From the NCBI GenBank assembly GCA_041498715.1, contig JBGQIW010000001.1:13554-77553 (forward strand): a stretch of DNA of 64,000 nucleotides, in the 5' to 3' direction. How positions within the stretch are numbered: the first letter of the stretch is position 1; each line of letters begins with the position of its first letter. Below the pieces are notes generated by a model. The model was given only the letters and a program-made list of their open reading frames with translations, made no database searches and was not told the DNA's origin. The stretch is from Gemmatimonadota bacterium (lineage in GTDB: Bacteria; Gemmatimonadota; Gemmatimonadetes; Gemmatimonadales; GWC2-71-9). Positions 22,252 through 28,851 of the stretch are shown here, one piece after another. The translations under genes were made by a program, and so were the position numbers.

Positions 22252-22278
22252 TAGCCGTTAGCTAATGGCTAACGGCTA
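22252..22278. terminator. Perfect 11-bp stem hairpin between convergent ppiD and tatA (bidirectional terminator candidate)
   Basis: TAGCCGTTAGC (22252-22262), loop TAATG, then GCTAACGGCTA (22268-22278). It sits 12 nt after the ppiD TGA and 8 nt after the tatA TAG. It is AT-richer than its surroundings and no clear U-tract follows on either strand. Confidence 0.55.
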
Positions 22279-22285
22279 GCGGCTT

Positions 22286-22534
22286 CTACTGCGACAACCT
22301 CTTCGGGTCTCCCGAGGCCGGCGCACCCGGCTGCGCCGCATCGACCTGCCGCGGCGCCGCGGGGCGCTCGTTGGGATCGCTGAGAATCGCATCCTGGGTG
22401 TCGGACAGACTCCGCTTGAACTCCCGAATGCCCTTGCCGATGGAGGAACCCACCTCCGGGAGCCGCTTTGCCCCGAACAGGAGCAGCACGACCACCAGGA
22501 TGAGCATGATCTCCCCGAAACCGAGGTTTCCCAC
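22286..22534 (-). CDS. tatA: Twin-arginine translocase subunit TatA/E
   Basis: 82-aa ORF. MGNLGFGEIMLILVVVLLLFGAKRLPEVGSSIGKGIREFKRS is the canonical TatA TM helix plus amphipathic helix. Confidence 0.95.
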   Translation of the reverse strand: MGNLGFGEIMLILVVVLLLFGAKRLPEVGSSIGKGIREFKRSLSDTQDAILSDPNERPAAPRQVDAAQPGAPASGDPKRLSQ

Positions 22535-22543
22535 AAAGCCCTC

Positions 22544-22816
22544 CTAGAAGAGCGACCGCGCGATCAGGTATGCCACCAGGACGCCGACGAGGCTCAGCAG
22601 GGACACGTGCAGCCCGATCGGACCCAAGGTGAAGTTTACCACCAGGAGATCGATCGAGACAGGCCCGAACGTGGGCGAGGCGGTGGTGGTGAAGAATGTC
22701 TTGGCAGCGCTGTCGGGGAGCCACTGGCGGAGGAACGCGGTGAGGAATCCACCGGCGGCGAATCCCGTGATCAGCACGCCGATGTAGAAGCCGGGTCGGT
22801 GCGGTCCGCTGGCCAT
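22544..22816 (-). CDS. Small integral membrane protein (possibly DUF4321-like)
   Basis: 90-aa ORF with two or three hydrophobic helices (FYIGVLITGFAAGGFLTAF and LLSLVGVLVAYLIA). The family assignment is from memory only. Confidence 0.55.
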   Translation of the reverse strand: MASGPHRPGFYIGVLITGFAAGGFLTAFLRQWLPDSAAKTFFTTTASPTFGPVSIDLLVVNFTLGPIGLHVSLLSLVGVLVAYLIARSLF

Positions 22817-23805
22817 CAGTTGCGCCGGTCGAGGACGTAGGTGATGCTCGCCCGGAGCGCGTCCCGGGCGGGCGAGGGAGGAAGCAGATCCAGCTCCGCG
22901 TCAGCCTGCTGGCCGAGCTGCTGCGCCCGTTCCCGGGCGTAGTCGAGCCCGCCCGCCCGCGCGACCGCCCCGATCACGTCGGCGATCTGCTCATCGGCAG
23001 GCTCGGCGCTCCGCAGCAGTCCGGCCACGGCGCGCCGTTCGGACTCCTGCATCCGCGGCAGGGCATAGATCAGCGGCAACGTCACCTTGTGCTCCCGCAG
23101 GTCCGATCCGGACGGCTTGCCGAGGTCGGCCGCCTCGGCGGTGTAGTCGAGCAGGTCGTCCACGATCTGGAACGCCATCCCGAGCGCCTCGCCGAATCGG
23201 CGGAGCGCCGCCCGCTCCTCCACCGGCGCGGCCAGCGCTCCTACCTCCGCGGCACCGGAGAGCAGCGAGGCCGTCTTGGCCCGGATGAGCAAGTCGTACT
23301 GCTCTTCGCTGAACTCGAGCGGGTCGTGGGCCAGAAGCTGGCGCATCTCGCCGACCGTCATCTCGTTGGTCACCCGGCTCAGCACCCGCAGCGTTTCGAA
23401 CTCGTCCAGCCGCACCAGCTCGATTACGGCGCGGGAGTACAGGTAGTCCCCCATAATCACCGAGATCTGGTGGGTGAAGAGCGCGTTGATCGTGGGCATG
23501 CCGCGGCGGAGCACCGAGTGGTCCACCGAGTCGTCGTGCACCAGCGTGGCGAGGTGGATCAGCTCGACCACCGCGGCGACGGTCACGGCACGCGGCGTCG
23601 GGCCACCGGTCGCCTGGTCCGCGAGGAGCATGATCGTCGGGCGGAACAGCTTGCCCTGCATCTGGAGCAGATGCGCGTTCACCTCGCGGACCAGCTGGAA
23701 GTCGGCCTCGATGATCCGCCGCAGCTCCTTCTGGACGCGCTCGAGCTCGGCGCGCACCGGCGACTGGATCCCCGCGAGCGTCACCGGAGCGACGGGCGAG
23801 CTCAC
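22816..23805 (-). CDS. Polyprenyl diphosphate synthase (IspB-like, chain length unknown)
   Basis: 329-aa ORF with the first Asp-rich motif LATLVHDDSVD and the second FQIVDDLLD. Its start overlaps the upstream TPR gene stop by 4 nt. Confidence 0.9.
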   Translation of the reverse strand: MSSPVAPVTLAGIQSPVRAELERVQKELRRIIEADFQLVREVNAHLLQMQGKLFRPTIMLLADQATGGPTPRAVTVAAVVELIHLATLVHDDSVDHSVLRRGMPTINALFTHQISVIMGDYLYSRAVIELVRLDEFETLRVLSRVTNEMTVGEMRQLLAHDPLEFSEEQYDLLIRAKTASLLSGAAEVGALAAPVEERAALRRFGEALGMAFQIVDDLLDYTAEAADLGKPSGSDLREHKVTLPLIYALPRMQESERRAVAGLLRSAEPADEQIADVIGAVARAGGLDYARERAQQLGQQADAELDLLPPSPARDALRASITYVLDRRN

Positions 23806-26147
23806 GCCTGCCGCTCCGCCGTGAGGCGCGGGACGCGCTCGCCCAGATCCATGAAGCGGATGTCGACCGCGAGCGCGCGCTCGTAGCAGCGGAGCGCATC
23901 GGGCGTCTTGCCCTGCGCTTCCGCCGCCCGCCCGAGCCAGTAGAGCACGCCGATCTTGGCCTCGTCCCCGCCCGTCTCGCCGTCGGCCGCCCGGCGCAGG
24001 ACCGTCTCCGCGATGCCGAACTGGCCCTTGTCGAAGAAGGCCACGCCCAGCGCCTCCGACGCGCGAAGCCGCCCTTCGGGCGAGCGGAGCGCCTTCTGGA
24101 ACTCGGCGATCGCCTCGTCCAGGAGCCCCATCTCCTTGTACGCGACGCCCAGATCGTAGTGCGACTGGTAGTCGTCCGCGTCGAGGTTCTGCTCGATCCC
24201 ACGCTTGAACTCCGCCAGCATCTCCTCGAAGTTCTTCTGCTCGTCGTCGGTGGGCTTTGCGCTCTCGATCCGCATCCGGGTGTCCCGCGGCGCGGCTTGC
24301 TCCAGCACCAGCGACCCGAGATCCACGAAGTCGTTCTGCCGAGCGCCGGCGGGCGGCCGCGGCGCCGCAGGCGGCACCGTGGGCAGCTTCGGACGGGCCG
24401 GCGGCGGCGCCACGGGCGGGGCCGGCGGCGGAGGGACAGCGACCCCCATCTCGGCGAGCGCTTCCCGGGCCGCGCGGTTCGCGGGGTCGTGGTCCGACAC
24501 CCGCTGATAGACGGCGATCGACTTCTCAACCTCCCCGACACGTCGCAGCGTCGCCGCGAGGGCGAGATAGGCGTCGAGCATGCGGTCTCGGCTGCCGGTC
24601 CGATAGGCCAACTCGACCAGCTTCTGGTAGTGGCGCACGTCGTTCGGCTCGAGTGCCACCACGCGGGCCATGAGGTCACCGGCGTCGTGCCAGGCCTCCC
24701 GCGCCTCGCAAGCCTCCGCCCCGAACAGGAACTCGTCCGCCGCGCGCCGGGCATCGCCCGCGGCCTGCAGCGCCTCGCCCAGGGCACGGTGAGCCTCGGG
24801 ATCGTCGGGGCGATCGGCGACGGCCTGCTCCAGCACGCGGATGGGGCCGGCCGGTGCCGACCCGTGCGCACCCGGCTCCTGCGCCGCGGCCGCCGGCGGG
24901 GGCGAGACCGGTTCGGGCGACCCGACCGTCTCGGCGACGCTTTGGGCGGCCGTCTCGGTGGGTTCCGGCTCGGCGGCTTCGGGCTCGACGAAGTCGAGCT
25001 CGACCGGCGCCGCCTCAGGGGCCTCCTCCGCGAACGCATCCGCCGCGGGCGTGTCCGCAAGACTCTCAGCCAGGACGTCGGAGAGGTCCAGATCCGGGTC
25101 GGCGGAGGGGACGGACAGCGAGGCGTCGGCAGCCGGATCGAGCCCGAGCGCGTCCTCCATCCCGGCGAGGTGCACGCCCTCGAAATCGACGGTGCGGACC
25201 TCGTCCACTTCGAGCCGCGGAATCTCGCTCGCCTGAGCGTCCCCGTCGGCAACCGTGCGGCCGTCGTCCAGAATCAGCCCCTCGAGCCCCTCCGCCGTGG
25301 GCGCGCCGATGTCGGCCTCGGGCGATACCTCGATGATCGTCGCCTCGAAGCCCCCGACCGATTCGGGGGGTGCGAGACCCTCGGAGCCGCCGGAGTCGGG
25401 CGCCGGTTCCTCCACCAGCGACACGACCGGCTCCGCCGGAGCCTCTTTGGCCGGGGCATCCCGGCCGGGCGGGGGCATGCCGAACCCGGTGTCGATGAAG
25501 ACGAGATCGCCGCCGCGGCGGCGGGCGGGCTGGGCGTCATCGTGCGGCTCAACCTCGAGGCGCTCGCGGACGACCTTGGCCGCCGACGCGTCCCCGCGGG
25601 CCTCGAGGTCGGTGCAGAGCTTTTCGAGCTGCTCCTGCGCCTCTTCCCCGCGCGACGCGGCCCGGAGCAGCTCGACCAGCATCACCCGAATGTCCTGGCT
25701 GGCGGAGAACTGGTCCGCGAACGCCTTCAGCGCGCCGAACGCCTCGTCGAGCTGACCCTGGGCGTTCATCCGCTCGAGGTACTCCAGGAGGTTCCGCTTC
25801 GCTTCGATGACCACGTTTTTCCGGGCGTGGAGACGGGCGAGATGGAGGTAGGTCGTGGTCCGGCCCGGATTCACCCGCAGGATCTTGCCGCAAAGCGCGA
25901 TGGCGTTGTTGAAGAAGCCCTGATCGGCGTACAACTCGACGGCCCGCTCGTAGTGGCGCACCGCCGCCGCCGTGTCGCCGACCTTGAGGTAGAGGTCGCC
26001 GACCCGGTTATACAGCGAGAGATCGGGGGTCGTGTCCTTCCCGGATTCGATCTGCTGGATGGCCTTGAGGTAGACCTCGATGGCCTTCCGCCAATCCTCC
26101 TTCTGCTCGAACTTCCGCGCGGTGTCCTTAAGCTTCTCGAGGCTCAT
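23802..26147 (-). CDS. Large TPR-repeat protein with an acidic/proline-rich central linker (function unknown)
   Basis: 781-aa ORF. It has N-terminal TPRs (LYNRVGDLYLKVGDTAAAVRHYERAVELY) followed by a D/E/P/A-rich region of about 250 aa. Further TPRs, a poly-Pro stretch (PPPPAPPVAPPPARPKLPTVPPAAPRPP) and a C-terminal TPR module (HYDLGVAYKEMGLLDEAIAEFQKAL) follow. Confidence 0.8.
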   Translation of the reverse strand: MSLEKLKDTARKFEQKEDWRKAIEVYLKAIQQIESGKDTTPDLSLYNRVGDLYLKVGDTAAAVRHYERAVELYADQGFFNNAIALCGKILRVNPGRTTTYLHLARLHARKNVVIEAKRNLLEYLERMNAQGQLDEAFGALKAFADQFSASQDIRVMLVELLRAASRGEEAQEQLEKLCTDLEARGDASAAKVVRERLEVEPHDDAQPARRRGGDLVFIDTGFGMPPPGRDAPAKEAPAEPVVSLVEEPAPDSGGSEGLAPPESVGGFEATIIEVSPEADIGAPTAEGLEGLILDDGRTVADGDAQASEIPRLEVDEVRTVDFEGVHLAGMEDALGLDPAADASLSVPSADPDLDLSDVLAESLADTPAADAFAEEAPEAAPVELDFVEPEAAEPEPTETAAQSVAETVGSPEPVSPPPAAAAQEPGAHGSAPAGPIRVLEQAVADRPDDPEAHRALGEALQAAGDARRAADEFLFGAEACEAREAWHDAGDLMARVVALEPNDVRHYQKLVELAYRTGSRDRMLDAYLALAATLRRVGEVEKSIAVYQRVSDHDPANRAAREALAEMGVAVPPPPAPPVAPPPARPKLPTVPPAAPRPPAGARQNDFVDLGSLVLEQAAPRDTRMRIESAKPTDDEQKNFEEMLAEFKRGIEQNLDADDYQSHYDLGVAYKEMGLLDEAIAEFQKALRSPEGRLRASEALGVAFFDKGQFGIAETVLRRAADGETGGDEAKIGVLYWLGRAAEAQGKTPDALRCYERALAVDIRFMDLGERVPRLTAERQA

Positions 26148-26227
26148 GCGGTGCGGGCGGAAAGAGGAAACAGGCGATGGGGCTTGAACTTGGAAAGGTA
26201 GGGCGGGCCCGGGGGCTGGGCAAGCAA

Positions 26228-27781
26228 CTAGGCCGTGCCCGCGGCCCCCCCGGGGTCGAGCTCGCCCGACGCGACCGCGCGGGCCAACCGCTCGAGATCC
26301 GGCGCAGGGGGCCGGTCGTCGTCCAGCGGAAGCACCGCCGGCCGGAGCCCGCGGAGGCGCCGATAGAGAGCCGCCACCCCGCGGCCGGGCGTGAGGGGTT
26401 TCAGGAACTCGAGCCCCTGGGCGGCGCAGAGCAGCTCGGCGGCCACCACCCGCTGGGCGTTCAGGAGAATGCGGCCGGCCTTGGTGGCGGCCGCCATCCC
26501 CATTGGAACGAAGTCTTCCTGGTTCGCGTCGGTGGGGATCGACCCGATGCTGGCGGGCATCGCCAGGGCGCGTGACTCCGCCACCAGGGACGCCGCCGTG
26601 ATCTGGACCATCATGTAGCCGGAGCGCAGCCCGGGGTCGGCCGTGAGGAAGGCGGGCAGGCCCTGCGAAAGGTCGGGGTTCACTAGGCGCTCGATCCGCC
26701 GCTCGGAGATGGCCTGGAGGGTCGTGAGCGCGATTGCGAGAAAGTCGAGCGCCTGCGCCACCGGCTGGCCGTGAAAGTTCCCGCCCGAGATCACCTCGCC
26801 ATTCTCGAACACCAGCGGGTTGTCCGTCGACGCGTTCAGCTCGACCGCCACGGTCGTCTCAGCGAACCGGAACGCGTCGGCGACGGCGCCCAGCACCTGG
26901 GGCGCGCAGCGTAGGCTGTAGGCGTCCTGCACCCGGGGATCGTTCGCGCGGTGCGATTCGCGGATCTCGCTGTGCTCGAGGAGGGCGCGCATGAACGCGG
27001 CGGCCCGGCGCTGCCCCTCGTGCGGGCGGGCGTCGTGGATGCGCGGATCGAGCGGTGCCGGTGTCCCCCGGAGGGCTTCGAGGCTCATGGCGGCGGCGCC
27101 GACGGCGGTGCGCCAGAGCACTTCCGCATCGTGCACCAGCAGCGCGAGCAGCGCGGTTTGCGCCTGGGTGCCGTTGATGAACGCCAGCCCCTCTTTCGGA
27201 GCGAAGCGGAACGGAGCGAGTCCGGCGGCCGCCAGCCCTGGGCCGGCGGGCACCCGGCGCCGGCCGTGCGCGTCGACCTCGACCAGCTCCCCTTCTCCCA
27301 TCAGGGTCAGACCCACGTGGCTGAGCGGCGCGAGGTCGCCGCTCGCCCCCACGCTCCCCTGTTCCGGCACCAGCGGCACCAGCCCGGCGTTGAGCACGGC
27401 GACAAGGGCGTCGACCAGGGCCGGCCGCACCCCACTCGTGGGCCGAAGCAGCACGTTCGCCCGGAGCAGCATGAGTCCCCGCACCACGTCCGCCGGCAGC
27501 GGGTCCCCCACGCCGGCGGCGTGACTACGGATCAGATTGGCCTGGAGCTGGTCGAGATTGTCTGGCGAGATGCGAACGTTGGCAAGCTTACCGAAGCCGG
27601 TGTTGACCCCATAGATCGTCCGGCCTTCCGCGATCGCGGCCTCGATGGCGCGCCGGCTGGAGCGGAGCCGCTCCCGCGCGCCGGGATCGATCGCCACCAC
27701 CAACCCCGGCTCCCGCGCAACCCGGACGACGTCGGCGATGGCGAGCGAGCGGCCGTCGAGGACCAGGGTCGGGTCGGACAT
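26228..27781 (-). CDS. hutH: Histidine ammonia-lyase
   Basis: It carries the MIO-forming motif GSVGASGDLAPLSH. LIRSHAAGVG has Ser-His, as in HAL, rather than the His-Leu or Phe-Leu of TAL or PAL. I trimmed the track ORF to the ATG at 27781 (MSDPTLVLDG). Confidence 0.9.
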   Translation of the reverse strand: MSDPTLVLDGRSLAIADVVRVAREPGLVVAIDPGARERLRSSRRAIEAAIAEGRTIYGVNTGFGKLANVRISPDNLDQLQANLIRSHAAGVGDPLPADVVRGLMLLRANVLLRPTSGVRPALVDALVAVLNAGLVPLVPEQGSVGASGDLAPLSHVGLTLMGEGELVEVDAHGRRRVPAGPGLAAAGLAPFRFAPKEGLAFINGTQAQTALLALLVHDAEVLWRTAVGAAAMSLEALRGTPAPLDPRIHDARPHEGQRRAAAFMRALLEHSEIRESHRANDPRVQDAYSLRCAPQVLGAVADAFRFAETTVAVELNASTDNPLVFENGEVISGGNFHGQPVAQALDFLAIALTTLQAISERRIERLVNPDLSQGLPAFLTADPGLRSGYMMVQITAASLVAESRALAMPASIGSIPTDANQEDFVPMGMAAATKAGRILLNAQRVVAAELLCAAQGLEFLKPLTPGRGVAALYRRLRGLRPAVLPLDDDRPPAPDLERLARAVASGELDPGGAAGTA

Positions 27782-27832
27782 GGGCCCGAATCTCGACGGA
27801 GGCCCTCGATTCCACAAGACGGCCCGATGGGC

Positions 27833-28735
27833 CTACGGTGTGGCGCGCCGGGCGCTGGAGACGGTTCGGAGCTCCGGGTTTTCCGGATCGGTCTGGAGCG
27901 ACCACCCGAAGATGATGAACTGGCGTCCCACGTGCGTCGGGCGCATGGCGCCGTACAGCACCGACGCGGCGGGGCCCGGCACCTGGAATACGTAGCCCAC
28001 GTTGGGAATGAGGTCGGCCGAAGCGGTGGAATAGCCGAGCGGGCCGGGCGTGGTGGGGCTCGGCGCGAGATCGATGCTGGTCAGGTCGGCGACCGGCTGG
28101 AAATTGTTGTAAATCGCGAGCAGCACACCCGCGCTCGCCCGCCGCGGCATCAGGAGCAGCGAGTCGGGCACGCCGGTGAGCTCGACCGAGACATCCGCAT
28201 CAGGCCCCGCCCCCGGAACGATCAGGCCGAGCTCGTTATCCTGGATCTGGCCGTCGCCATTGAGATCCTTCCAGAAGCGAAACCCGCTCTGGGACGGCTG
28301 CACCCCGGTCGCGTACAGCACGATGTTCCGCGCGTCCGGCCGGGGCGTATCGTTGTGCGGCGTCGAGCGCGCACTCTCCGCCTGCCCCGGGCTCACCGCG
28401 GACACCGCAAAGCAGCGGGAGACCCCGTCGATGAGCGCCCCGACGATGAACTCGGGAGCCACGGTCGAGCCCTCGAGCTGCCAGCTGGAGCCGCACTGGC
28501 CCGCGAGATAGTCGGTGGTCCACGCGTAGCTGGTGCTGTAGACCCGGTAGCTCTGGAAATTGCTCGGATTGGCCAGGAAGGCATTGTCATCCCAGCTCAG
28601 TGCGACGGCCTTGTCGAGCGTGGTCCCGACGAGGTTGAGCGGTTGCGGCGGGGGGGTGCCCGTGCCAGGGGCGGTCGACGACGAAGAACAGCCCGATGCG
28701 GCGATCGCCGCGGCGAAGAGCCAGCAGACGCGCAT
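27833..28735 (-). CDS. Hypothetical lipoprotein with an FN3-like N-terminal module
   Basis: I trimmed the 405-aa track ORF to the ATG at 28735, which has a GAGG Shine-Dalgarno 5 nt upstream. The protein begins MRVCWLFAAAIAASGCSSSS, a signal peptide plus lipobox ASGC. PPQPLNLVGTTLDKAVALSWDDN resembles the first strands of an FN3/Ig-like domain. The rest is unrecognised. Confidence 0.65.
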   Translation of the reverse strand: MRVCWLFAAAIAASGCSSSSTAPGTGTPPPQPLNLVGTTLDKAVALSWDDNAFLANPSNFQSYRVYSTSYAWTTDYLAGQCGSSWQLEGSTVAPEFIVGALIDGVSRCFAVSAVSPGQAESARSTPHNDTPRPDARNIVLYATGVQPSQSGFRFWKDLNGDGQIQDNELGLIVPGAGPDADVSVELTGVPDSLLLMPRRASAGVLLAIYNNFQPVADLTSIDLAPSPTTPGPLGYSTASADLIPNVGYVFQVPGPAASVLYGAMRPTHVGRQFIIFGWSLQTDPENPELRTVSSARRATP

Positions 28736-28832
28736 GCACACCTCAGTGGTGGGTGGAAGGACGACCGCGGGATGTGCAGAGGCTGTGCCAGCCAAACGGC
28801 CCCCACCACCCGCGCTAACGCGCCCCCGCCGG

Positions 28833-28850
28833 TGTCCGCCATGGCGGACA
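28833..28850. repeat. 18-nt perfect palindrome TGTCCGCCATGGCGGACA, 1 nt after the lptD-like stop
   Basis: Read directly; the sequence is its own reverse complement. It is a hairpin/terminator or operator candidate with no U-tract. Confidence 0.6.
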
Positions 28851-28851
28851 A

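Noticed and set aside
22991-25252. 753-aa minus-strand ORF, plus other alternate-frame ORFs such as 10167-11102, 14314-15102, 16862-17725, 46586-47596 and 56808-58256.
   Set aside because: These are alternate frames of the same strand as real genes (ispB-like/TPR, recA-yraN-ftsK, accC, pepP, secreted protein, ugd/wbpA-like). Their translations are Arg/Pro-rich nonsense with no motifs.
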